Shown: positions 9,701-19,679, counted from the stretch's first letter. The stretch: 64,000 nt of DNA from Marsupella aquatica (GCA_973895155.1 OZ316899.1:953573-1017572), one strand, 5' to 3'. Notes: a model not told the origin generated them from the sequence alone. Made by a program: numbers and translations.

Positions 9701-11367
9701 GCTGCATCGGCAAGTCTTCCTTCCTGGGCCTAAACACCTGCTCGATCGTAGGACTAACAGGTGGTTGAGGCTTCTCAGCCAACGGCCTCGGCGTTGGAGC
9801 TTCCTCGGGTGCCCTTACCTGCAGGGGAAGTACCGGGGCAAAAGTCTGACCTCTGGCATACCGGCACAACAGCGGCATGTGATAGCCAAGCCGCGACACG
9901 CTCCCCATGCCGATTACCTGCTGCTCCTCCTTTAAGATCTTCTTCAATTGGTTGAGGAGGTACCCGTTGTAGTCCCGGCTTGGGTCTGGCCTTTCTGCCA
10001 GATAGACCTGTGCCTTGCCGATCTCTGCCCTCGGCAAGTTACAATGCATGGTCACCCGCAAGAAGTCGATCATCTCTCCTATGTGCGGGTTGGTGCAGGT
10101 GTTCCGGAAGAAGCCATTCTTCGTTGATGGCCCGGGGAACGACCGGAACTCCTTGTCAGGCAAGGTCTTCCTGGTATCAACTTTGGTCTTATTGCCCATC
10201 GGCAAGCCAAACACTTCGGCAATCACCTTGGGAGTAAGATAGAAATCCTTCCCATATATCCTCGTGCAATTGGTCTCGGGTTCCCATGACCCCACGAATT
10301 CTAATAGGTCTGACTCCGGTACCTCCGGCTTCAGCCATGGTAATCTTACAAAGGCCTCCAAGCCGGATCCGGCCATGAAGCCTTGGTACTTCTTGGTCTG
10401 CATGGCCGTAAAGCATGCATCCTCCTCCCGTGCAAAATGTAGTTGCACCTCCACCGGTAGGGTTGCCGCCCAGCCCTTCCAGGTGTCATCCCTGGTTGGA
10501 ATGGCCTTGATGGGATCGACCTCCTCCTCTTCGGCTTCTCCCTGCCTCCTGCTCTGCTGCTCGGCTGGCTTCTTTGGTGCCGTCGACCTCGTTCTTTTTG
10601 CCGGGGTGGCTTCATCGTTGACGGCTCCCTTCCTCTTCATCTCTGCTGCCGTGGAGGTTTCTCCTAGCACCGTTGCCTGGGTCCACCTTTCCGTGCTACC
10701 CTTTAATTCCCAGTGTATGTCGTTGCAGTTCTTGATGGCCTCTCGGATGCCGACGACGCTGTCCTTGCAAAACAGAAGATCGTCGAGTTGATTGGAAGTA
10801 GGCGTCCACAGGAACTCGTCCTTGATGAGTTCGCCTCCTAAGAAAGCCGTCTTCTGCAGCTCCCACAATCGAGCGAGCTCCTGCCGTTCTCGAGCTGCCC
10901 TTTCTGACTCCTCGTCCTCGTAAGTCTTGATGTACTCAGTTGCCCGTTCGAACAGGCATCCCCAGAAATGTGCCGCTTGATTGACGTTGCTCATACCCTC
11001 CTTAGGTTGATCGTCGGTATCTACTCTCTCCCCGAGTGCTTGCCTAAGCAGCTGACAGTAGTTGGCCTCCCGTAGTCGTCTGCCTAGTTCGTGCTCGCAA
11101 ATGAGCCACCATCTCCTGCAAGCGCTCCTTACCCCTCTCCTCTGCCGGTCCTTCTTCCCGTTAATCCTTCCTAGCCGCCGACGCTTAACGCGCCATAACC
11201 CTAATCGGGTTTTCACCCTCAGCCTTACCTCCGGCCTCTGCCCGGGTTCCATGGTTGCCCCTAATTGTTTATATTTTCCTTGTTTTGTCACTATACTAAG
11301 GTGTTCCTAGGGTGCCTTCCTGCTTTACCCACTTAACCGGCCGAGTGATTCCTGTCTAGGCATCACA
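6711..11367 (-). repeat. 5' LTR of A copy 1, 4657 bp
   Basis: TG...CA termini (TGTGATGCC...GCACCACA), adjacent to the PBS. Same length and termini as both LTRs of copy 2. Confidence 0.95.
7632..11252 (-). CDS. LTR-encoded accessory protein, 1206 aa from the first ATG (basic N-terminus, conserved globular domain, long coiled coil, Ala/Glu-rich tail)
   Basis: Uninterrupted ORF entirely inside the LTR; ATG in strong context ACCATGG. The track start at 11291 is GTG. Homologous reading frames are kept in the diverged LTRs at 17220-18322 and 62565-63687. Confidence 0.88.
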   Translation of the reverse strand: MEPGQRPEVRLRVKTRLGLWRVKRRRLGRINGKKDRQRRGVRSACRRWWLICEHELGRRLREANYCQLLRQALGERVDTDDQPKEGMSNVNQAAHFWGCLFERATEYIKTYEDEESERAARERQELARLWELQKTAFLGGELIKDEFLWTPTSNQLDDLLFCKDSVVGIREAIKNCNDIHWELKGSTERWTQATVLGETSTAAEMKRKGAVNDEATPAKRTRSTAPKKPAEQQSRRQGEAEEEEVDPIKAIPTRDDTWKGWAATLPVEVQLHFAREEDACFTAMQTKKYQGFMAGSGLEAFVRLPWLKPEVPESDLLEFVGSWEPETNCTRIYGKDFYLTPKVIAEVFGLPMGNKTKVDTRKTLPDKEFRSFPGPSTKNGFFRNTCTNPHIGEMIDFLRVTMHCNLPRAEIGKAQVYLAERPDPSRDYNGYLLNQLKKILKEEQQVIGMGSVSRLGYHMPLLCRYARGQTFAPVLPLQVRAPEEAPTPRPLAEKPQPPVSPTIEQVFRPRKEDLPMQQPGMQSLLKLLEKEKKSASATTTATATMQDTTTEVGLHRLTRENPFAGDERIRPESKPGVRMYVGTSSSESEAELPEAPTEEEEREKPEIQEVEEAVEDCSHDNSGYGSDHHVPGVRTCGRFVPTLPRVVRGDPNQQSSPESPPPDVAPPSFDGIKQTVQEFQERIKQEEEAALAKEKDLPGGDWPEDIRRLAEKGSKPLATIEEIRRTAWEQRPRWAMPITSTYSTYAKNRAMEYGEMCGELALGIFGEELEVGPFFHREQLEKHQLEEAVALERSKKDEVIRRLRRMEAEIEDLRAAKKAQDELRIKRHELNIMQGQLDAAQADNQNIKDKLTQTQEELADTIKEREKWKQELKNTEEAHITANSRAMAETQRKEWALKGELEKIRGALEQKEVELGKSYQGIMALQQELASLTASFKADLREKDEMLEQTYAKMNQMESVIIAELDKELRATQEEKATLKKELEEAHREQEEAKNELEGARKDLDETQEELEEITRKMENLQRRADNQTERLKKQAAVFKCLAAAGPSPVGTNQLPGVVIAEGQAAPPAPVPEVSGKGKGPAAEPPTKKKRKPSGSRSNTTSQAVVIKEVDPAPTPDRVTAKDPTTLGEGEAEAEGVAEAEAVRVAEAEAVGIAEAGVEAEAEGGPSQAEGELTRSRAGNLSVGGPTAVAAEEVLGASIEDPPPVS

Positions 11368-11785
11368 GGTTAGGTTTTTGTATGGTGTTTGCTAGGTAGG
11401 TTATTTTGCAATGCACTATGCACAGTGTGAGACCGTGCATCCAAAAGGTATGATGCCCCATCCATTTATTCCTTGATCCTTTAGGCTATTTCAGGTTTGG
11501 CATGCAAGTTTTTATCATATGTGCTTGAGCTTGTTTTCGGCAATTGTAGATCATGCATGCTCATTATGAAAATGTCCACCTTGTAGAGATTCTGGATATC
11601 CCCACACTTTGTGTGTAGAGAATACGGCCTAGTAGGCACGGCAGAGCGCGGGTATCATTGAGGTATAGCAAGTGTTGTATATATGTCTCTCATTCAATTG
11701 TTTTTCTAGACATAAATATTTGTCTTGCTGGTTTTTTTCTTTCATCCAACATATTGTCATGGTTGTATGATATATATGCAGATCG

Positions 11786-13090
11786 ATGTCTGCTTCTGAT
11801 AGTTCCACGTCGGATTCAGACTCAGACACGAGCTCGTCTGAGGAGGAGGTTCCTCCACCCCCTCCTCCAGACCAACCTCGTGCTTGGCCACTAGGGTCCA
11901 TACCTTGTTGGTGTGTGAGATGTAAGGGACTTGTGGTTCGACATGCCTGGTAGACTTGTGAGCACATCGAGAACTATGGTCACCACGAGGGTGATACACC
12001 AGGGTATTTGCCTAGCCAGGTAATAAATACGTCCCTCCTTCATTCCATGAAATTCCAATAATTAGTCCACAAATGCTAAATTACTTTACATCTAAACAAC
12101 AATTCATGTATTGATTTGTGTCAAATCATTGTTTGTTGAAATAGGTGCCTCGTAGACCCCCACCTCCTCTGGTTGATAATGCTATGTGGTTGGAAGGGTT
12201 TCTAGCAAGGGCTCGTGAGTTGCTTGCATCTGCCCTTGCCCATCCACCTCTTAGTCCCCCTGCTCCTATCCCCACACATGTGCATGTAGACGAGGATGCA
12301 CCGGTCTCTCGACCCGAGGAAATGGATACTAGGGTCCTACGTACACGTTCACGGTCTCGCAGACGTAGACGACAATATGAACCGGTGGAGGAGGTAGAGC
12401 ATCGGGAGGAGGCGTTACGTAGTGATCGACCACCCGGAAATGGAGATTATATTTGTGTTGAGGGCCGGTTTGGACTATCTTATCTCACTGGTAGGGCTGC
12501 TGATGTTTGGAAGGACTTTTCTCCTAGTCTCTTCAAATTTCCAGATTTCATTCATACTGATGAACCAGTTGACATATGGGGGTCGGCCTTGGATAGTGAA
12601 GGCATCCTCTATTGGTGCTGATATAGGATATGGTCTATATGCTTTGGAGGACATTGTGGTCCCTCCAAAGCCATGGAGATGTGGATATGATGGAGAGCAC
12701 CTTTTCCCTTACATTGGGGCTGTATATAATGCAAAGAGTTGGAAGACTTTGTTGCGTCAGCATCCAAGCTGGGGGGTGTACGCCTTGAGGATGGACTCAG
12801 ACCCAGATGAGGTTTTGACTAGGCCGTGGCATTGTAGGATGATTGATGGTGACCCTATTTGGAATGGTAATTTAGCAGGGTACATCAATAGTACAACGGG
12901 TAGAGGTAGAGATTTTGAGGCTAATGTAGAGTGGATCCAAATTTTTGGCCCTCCTAGAGATTCATATTTTGTGAAACATATGGATGACCATATCATGACA
13001 GTAGCCATTAGGACTATTAGAGCCGGTGAGGAGATATTGTGTGAGTATGAGTGGGACGCCCCAAAATTGTCCCTACGTTGCGGTCCATGA
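11786..13090 (+). pseudogene. Two-exon SET-domain (lysine methyltransferase-like) gene inside CACTA-1: exon 1 11786..12019, exon 2 12145..13090
   Basis: Exon 1 is MSASDSSTSDSDS...CWCVRC...H..YGH with a TAG at 11951. An AT-rich GT-AG intron 12020..12144 joins in frame. There is a frameshift near 12568. SET motifs: VKASSIG..GYGLYA, PYIG, NLAGYINS, ANVEW, AIRTIRAGEEILCEY. Confidence 0.8.
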
Positions 13091-13151
13091 TAGTATGTTG
13101 GACTTACATGCATGTAAATCTTACATTGAATTAATGAGATTCATGATGATT

Positions 13152-13170
13152 TATATATATATATATATAT
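13152..13170. repeat. (TA)n microsatellite in the putative intron 13093..13224
   Basis: TATATATATATATATATAT read directly from the sequence. Confidence 0.9.
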
Positions 13171-13224
13171 TGATGATTGTAATGAGATTAATGTTAATGA
13201 GATTGCATTGATGTTGTATGATAG

Positions 13225-16200
13225 AACCAATATGTACAATCTGATATTGGGGTCATATCACGAGCTATGCGACAACACATTGTTGAGGCCATGGTGGCCA
13301 ACCATGGGCATGATGAAGGGATGCAGGAGGATGATGTACAACATGAGGGTGATAATCCTACTCAAGCACATCTGGATGAGGAGAGGGCCATGGATGAGCT
13401 CATGGACCAATTTTATGATGATGATGTTGATATTGGTATGGAGGATATGGGTACAACTGATGACAACACCACTCATCCAGGACCTTCTAGGGGGGGACAA
13501 AACAAGGATTGGGAGGAGGCTCAACGTCATGCTCGTACTCGCATATTTGAGGGTAGCACCTTATCTCGGCTCTCCGCAATAATGTTGTTGCTGAATGTGC
13601 AGCAAAGACATGGGGCCAGCAACCTACTTTTGGATGATGTTTTGCGTACCTTGCATGATCGTATTTTGCCACCAGGCAATACCATGCCAGCCTCTTGGAA
13701 GGAGGCAAAACAAGTGTTGAAGTCCATTGGCCTCAAGTATGTAGTGATACATGCATGTGTGAATGATTGCATTATTTTTAGGGGGGAGCATGAGAATGCA
13801 ACTGCATGTCCTAAGTGTGAGAAGCCTCGTTACCGTGATGACATGTTGACAGGGAAGGTGCCTCAAAAGGTTATGCGATACTTTCCTCTCATCCCCCGAT
13901 TGCGACATCAGTACCGTTGTGCAGAGTTAGCTGAGTACATGGTATGGCACTCAAAGAATCGTTCTGATATGGCTACGAACTCTAGTGCCATGCGGATGAT
14001 GGTTGACCCTCCTACCAATCAATTTGTTGAGGGCAGATGGGGGGAGTTCAGCACTAAACCACAACATGTTCGACTTGGCTTGGCAGCTGATGGTATCAGC
14101 CCTTTTGCATTGGCGGGTAAAGCAAAACCATATTCAGTATGGCCAGTAGTTTTGACTAACTACAATATCCCTCCATGGATGGCCATGAAGAAAGGTCATT
14201 TACTGCTCTCCATGATCATCCCGGGTCCTAAGCAAGTAAAAAAGATTGACATCTACTTGCAACCATTGATTGATGAGCTTTTGCAATTGTGGAGAGGAGT
14301 GGATTGTTATGACGGACGTCGCAATACAGGAGGTGTACCTCGCGCGTTTACCCTCAAGGCCATCCTTATGTGGACCATGCATGACCTACCAGGTATGACC
14401 TGATAAACCTTGGCTTATTTCCTTGATGTACTACCTTAAATTTAGTGTGCATTAACCTTATTTCATAATTGGCTGGTTGTATATGGGCTTGGTACAGGGT
14501 TTGGGTATATCTCTGGATTGCAAACATCAGGCTATCGAGCTTGCCCTTCATGCGGACCGGATTTGGAGGGAGTGGCAAGACGCAAGTCAAGTACTTTGCG
14601 TAAGATAGTTTACATTGGTCATACCAAATATCTTCCAGCAGACCATCCTTGGAGGAGTGATCATTTCTTGTATGACACTGATGAGGGCCAACCTGATACT
14701 TGTCCTCAACCTCAGTGAAAGGATCCAACATATTGGAGAGAGGTATGGGAGAGAGTTCAAGACCCCGATGATCCATTACAGTTTCTCCAATGTGGCATGA
14801 CCCGTTTATCTGCATTGTCACAGTTGCCATATTGGTCAGAGATGCCCATTAATCACTTGTTGGATGCAATGCACATTGAGGGAAATGTGGGGAGATCATT
14901 GATTCGTCATCTATATGGGGAGAAGAACCACAACTGGAGAGAAAGTTGTGAGGAGATGGGGATGCATGGTCTTTTGGGTTTTTGGCCATCTTTGGACCCC
15001 CCTGGTGATCCCCCTAGCATCCATCCTCCTTGGGTTTTGACCAGGGCAGAGCGCATAGAGTTTCGCAGACGGATTGGGTCAATGAGGTTTCCCACAGGTT
15101 ATGGTGCCAATCTTCGTAAGGCATTTGGGGGGGATGATTCTCCAAAATGGCCATCGTACCTGAAAACACATGATTATCATCGGTTACTAGAACATGTCAT
15201 TCCAGTTGCGATTATTGGATTGGGTAGTGAGGAACTTCGTGATGCTCTTTGGTCATTGGGCAAGTTTTTGAGATGGGTATGTCAGAAGGAGGTACCAGAG
15301 GATGACATTGCTGCGATGGAGATATTTGGAGTAGAGGTTGTTTGCAAGTTGGAGAAGGCACTTCCACCCTCATTCTTTGATGGTCAGGTTCATTTCCTCA
15401 TACATTTAGTGCGTGAGGTAGCAATTGCAGGCCCGGTACATTGTCGATGGATGTATTGGGTAGAGCGTTACATGGGGGTGATGAAGTCATATGTCTCTAA
15501 TCGGGCTAGGGTGGAAGGTAGCATTGCAGAGCGTCATCTTGGAGCAGAGAGTATGTTTTATTGTACAAACATAGTTGCCACACTAGATCCAAGGGCACCT
15601 AGGGGATGGATAGATGAGGCGGCACGAGAGGTAGACTATGAGGATGATAGACTCACTGGGGCATCAGGAGAGCGTGGCTTAGGCTCAGTAGAGCGTTTGC
15701 AACTTACAACATTTATGTTGTATAACTCACCAGAGGTTGTAGGGGAGTGGACGACATTTTATGAGGAGGAGAAGCAAAATAGTTGACGGCCACGGTTGTT
15801 TCCCAAGTTTCACCCATACATGAAATCAAAGTTGTTAGAAGTGGATGCCTTGGTGGGTACCGGAGATAGTATATTACATTACCCACAAGTGACTGATAAG
15901 CTTCGTACCTTAGTTCATGGTCCACTGCTTAAAGTCACGACTCGGACGGCACTGTGGTCAAAGGGGAGACATTTCCGTGTGGAACGACTTGATGAGAAGA
16001 GAGCAGCTACACAAGATTGTGGGGTGATGGGTTGGTTCACCCAGGATTCCCAGAGTAGCACGTCGGACATGAACCCCATTCGCTCCACCGTGGCCCATTA
16101 TGGGAAGATTGATGAGATCCTGACAGTGAAATACCATGCACATACTACTTTGGAGGAGGTGGTATTTAAGTGCAAATGGTTCAAGATGAATCTTGTAGGC

Positions 16201-16466
16201 AACAATCAAACATGTGAAGATGATGCGTGCGGATTTACCCGTTTGAAGACATCTGCAAATAGTGTCATTAGTTCCAATTGGAGGTCCTCAGATCCCTTTG
16301 CCTTCCCACATCACCTTGAGCAGTGCTTTTACCTACCCTATCCAGATGACCCACATTGGTCCATTGTCATGCCTTATATCCTAGATCACGGTCTATAGTC
16401 CAAAAGAGACCCAATGTCGTTGTAGTGGAAGACAACGACATCCCCGACCCTCCACAAGCTAGTTAG
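13225..16466 (+). pseudogene. CACTA TnpD/Tnp2-type transposase with an intron (14393..14497), in-frame TGA at 14716 and 15784, and a probable frameshift near 16380
   Basis: Motifs HACVNDC, CPKC, RYFPLIPRL, LAADGISPF, WPVVLTNYNIPPW, YLQPLIDEL. Splicing restores HDLPG|FGYISG. Later motifs SFFDGQVHFLIHL, RWMYWVER, FKCKWF, DPFAFP. The ORFs at 14518, 14797 and 15796 share one frame. Confidence 0.9.
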
Positions 16467-16719
16467 TATATTTTGTATGTAGCTAGGCCCCCCCAACCAC
16501 ACCACCTTCATGTTTTTTGTAATCGACAATATAAAAGTTGGCATCATTACTTCTTTAATTGTCATGGTATGCACGTGCCCTAAATCTCTTGGTTATATAT
16601 AGAAGTGTCCTTACTTTATATACCCTTCCTAAGAACCCCCCGCCTTATGTCCCATTGACCGTCCCATGAAAAAGCCATTGGATTTCCATCGCACCTTCTA
16701 AAAACAGAAACCAGACTTT

Positions 16720-17216
16720 CCGATACTCCCAACTAAGGACTATTCCATACAAAACCCATCAGACACACATTTCTGATCCTCTCCACAATGGACACCTTCT
16801 CCTCCTTTGTTGACGAGGTATCCGATCCAACATCCAACGGACAATCTCCGACATAACTTTTTACGCACAAAATATCCGACCCTAAACCCAATGGACACAA
16901 ATATCCGATGCATTCCGTGACGGTCCCAGTCCGATACAACTACCAACGCAAACATCTTGCGATGCATTAAGGTTCGAACGCATTATGCAGTCATGGCGAC
17001 ATAGTTTCCGATATGTTTAGCATCGGAGACTGTCCGATAGTAGTACGATGGGACAGCGTATGCGATGGGTTTTACATCGGAATTGGCAGGTCCGATGGGA
17101 TCAGGATCGGAAAATACGTTGCGGGGCACATCAGATATTGTCCGAAGTGTTCGACATGGGATGGGTGACGTTTGGCTCAAAAGGAGTATCGGAAAACCGC
17201 CAAAAATGTACTAGTG
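16720..17216. repeat. CACTA-1 subterminal repeat region and right TIR
   Basis: More than ten TCCGA/TCGGA motifs in both orientations, ending in TAGTG. Confidence 0.85.
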
Positions 17217-17219
17217 CTT

Positions 17220-19220
17220 AGTCTGATAATCAGATTATCAAGGATAAACTGTCTCGGACCCAAGGGGAGTTGGCCAACGCGGTCAAGAAAATAGAGAAGT
17301 GGAAGCGGGAGCTAAGAGACGCAGAGGAGGCCCACATAGCAACCAACAATTGGGCCATGGCGGAGACCCAAAGGAAGGAGAGGGCGTTGAAGGGGGAGCT
17401 CAAGGATCTCCGCGGAGCCCTTGAGCAGAAGGAGGCCAAGTTAGGGAAATCCTATCAAGGGATTATTGTGATGCAGTAGGAGCTTGCATCCCTAACGGCC
17501 AGCTTCAAGGCCAACCTGCCTGAGAAAGATGACCAGCTCGATCAAACTTACGCCAAGACAAACCAGATGGAGTTTGAGGTCGTAACGGAGTTTGACAAGG
17601 AGTTGAGAGCAATCCAGGAGGAGAGGGCTACCTTGCGGAAGGAATTGGAGGAAGCCCAAAAGGAGTTGGAGGAGGCGTGCAAGGACCTGGACAAAACGCA
17701 GGTGGAGTTGGAGGAAATCACAAGGAAGATGGAGAACTTACAGTGGCGGGCCGACAACCAAACAGAGCGGCTGAAGAAACAAGTTGCAGTATTTAAGTGC
17801 TTGGCTTCATCTTTTCAAACTCCAATTGTGGCAACCAAGTTGCCAAGGGTAGTACTGGCCAAAGGACAAGCCGCAACACTTGCACCGGTGCCGGAGGTAA
17901 GTGGCAAGGGGAAGGGACCAGCTGCCGAACCAGGGAAGAAGAAGAAGCGGAAATTTTCAAGGTCAGGGAGTAACGCGGCTTCTCAAGCCATCATGACCAA
18001 GGAGGAGAACCCGACACCAACCTCAGGTAGGGTCACGGCAGAGGATCCAACTGTCCTAGAAGGCGGGGATGGCAAGGCCGAAGCCGGGACAATCAGTGAT
18101 GAAGCCAGTGTACCAGATTCACCACTAGAGCAGGTTGGGGAGGCCGTAGCCGTATTGGAGGCCATGGCCGATGCTGAGGCCAAAGCCGAGGGTGGACCCA
18201 ATCAGGCCGCAACAGAGTTGACTGGGTCCGGGGCAGGTAATGTGTCAGAGGACGGGCCTATAGCAGTGGTTGCGGAGGAAGCGTTGGGGGCGTCTATTGA
18301 GGATCAATCACCGCTACCATGACGGTGGAGGAGGGCCGCTCCTTTTAAGGAGGGCGGACGTGGAGAGAGGAGGCATGAGTGGGCAGGGCAGGCTCAGATC
18401 TCCAAGTTTAGAATTAGGATCAGGACCAAGAGGCGGCCCTGACACTTAGATTAGTGGGATTGCGGATCCACTGGTAAGAGCAACACTTGTGCTCCTGCCT
18501 CGCTGTACATAGATAGATTACAGTTAGGATAGATTAGGCTTATACTGCAAGGAATTAGGCGGATCTATTGCCATGATAAGTACCTGGGCAACGGGGAGTT
18601 CAGGGCCTTCTTCTTTAGCAAGTTCTTAGTGCACCAGTTGGGCTGGGTCAAGTAGTAAAAGAAGCTCTTGGTTAGTTATACAGTGACCCTTGTGTATATT
18701 CATGTTTCCTCATGCCTAAGAGATGAATAGAGTTGGCCTCACAACTTAGTTTGCAGATCTTGTGTATGAGAAGTACTGTTTGTATGGCAAGTGCATGGTA
18801 TAACTCAGTCAAAAGGAGTCATTTTGCTATTTGTGTGTTGCATTAACTTGTTTGAAGATTGCCCACATCAACCAAGAGAGAAGGAAGTAAGCAAGGTAGT
18901 AAGAGTTGGATGTGTTGAGCTCAGAGAGGTCTTAGCGGCTAACCCAAGCCAGTTGGGGATCATTCCGGCGGCAGAATCCAAACATACCTAAAGGAGGACC
19001 AGGAGAGGAAGACAAGGGAAGGCATAGAAGAGGCCGGCTACGTATCTCATGACCCAATGAAGGAGCTGTCCAATATATGTGTGTAAAATGTTAGTAGAAG
19101 AGAGTTAGCAGCGTCCCATGCCGCTAAGCCGCGGAACTGGCTTTGCCAAGAGTGAAACCTGCAGGAATCGGCTTGTGTAGGGGGGTTTCTTGGGTTTAGG
19201 GAGCCATGGGACGCACCACA
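17220..19220 (+). repeat. 3' part of a diverged family-A LTR (solo or 3' LTR) interrupted by CACTA-1; contains the C-terminal part of the LTR ORF (to 18322, TAG at 17477-17479)
   Basis: Collinear with the A LTR coiled-coil and tail coding region and the non-coding end. Ends GAGCCATGGGACGCACCACA like family A. Followed by GTACC, with no PBS. Confidence 0.88.
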
Positions 19221-19262
19221 GTACCGGGTTGAGTCTGCCTACTAGGGACAAAGTGGGACAAA

Positions 19263-19679
19263 GTGGTGGCCCTGGAGACTGAACTCCAACAACTGCTACC
19301 TCAGGTAACGGCCACGGAGGATCAGGTTGCCGAAGCCAAGGCCCGGGTAGCCTTAGCAGAGCAGGTTCGGTTCGGAAAAGACTCCAAGATCGCACGGCTC
19401 CGGACCCAAATTGACGGTTTGAAGGGGCAAGCTATCAGCTGGCAAAAGGATGTAGAGGAGGCCAACACTCGGGCCCAGCGGGACACGGCCGAGATCGATG
19501 CCCTAAAGGCGGAAGTAGCGCGGCTTCAAGGAGAAGCCACGAAGCAAGCCCAGTTGGTGGATAAGTTGACAAGCGACGCCCAACAACTGGAGGAGGCATG
19601 CCAAGAGGCCATGGAGGAGACGGATGCAGCAAAGCAAGAGAACAAATCTCTGCTGGACCAGGTCCAGCTACTCAAATAG
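19263..19679 (+). pseudogene. Coiled-coil ORF remnant of another retroelement
   Basis: 138-aa heptad-rich, Ala/Glu/Gln/Lys-rich frame that continues past a TAG. Lies upstream of a PPT and short LTR candidate. Confidence 0.45.

Larger units (their letters stand above)
1..11367 (-). mobile_element. Ty3/gypsy (Athila-like, non-chromovirus) LTR retrotransposon, family A copy 1; left end outside the window
   Basis: Minus-strand order is LTR(11367-6711), PBS, gag-pro, pol (RT-RH-INT), PPT, LTR(486-<1). 1..486 repeats 10882..11367 (offset 10881). The right terminus ...GGCATCACA is followed by GGTTA, the expected TSD; its partner lies outside the window. Confidence 0.95.
11368..17216 (+). mobile_element. 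CACTA/En-Spm DNA transposon (CACTA-1), right part; left end not in the window
   Basis: TnpD-type transposase, dense TCCGA/TCGGA subterminal repeats at ~16720-17200, and terminus ...CAAAAATGTACTAGTG (reverse complement CACTAGTACATTTTTG) at 17216, which abuts a family-A-like ORF. Confidence 0.85.

Noticed and set aside
7632-11252. LTR ORF as an envelope (env) gene
   Set aside because: I saw no signal peptide or hydrophobic transmembrane stretch; the protein is highly charged and coiled-coil rich.
7632-11252. LTR ORF as a captured host SMC/myosin gene
   Set aside because: No ATPase or motor motifs and no introns; any similarity would come only from heptad composition.
11262-11275. TATAAA near the start of the A LTR as the promoter
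   Set aside because: It is conserved in the diverged LTR but lies only ~15 nt before the ATG and inside an open frame, so it cannot be assigned without TSS data.
181-11310. Many 60-175 aa plus-strand ORFs over the retroelements
   Set aside because: Antisense shadows of long coding frames, Ser/Leu-rich and without motifs. They recur only because the DNA is repeated.
13088-13225. Direct SET-transposase fusion protein (SETMAR-like) through the 13093 donor
   Set aside because: The donor lies after the TGA. Even if that TGA were a mutated CGA, the phase-2 join to 13225 creates TAA. A fusion through another site cannot be excluded without RNA data.
16720-17200. Short repeated motifs as a CRISPR-like array
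   Set aside because: Irregular spacing and mixed orientation next to a CACTA TIR in eukaryotic DNA; these are subterminal repeats.
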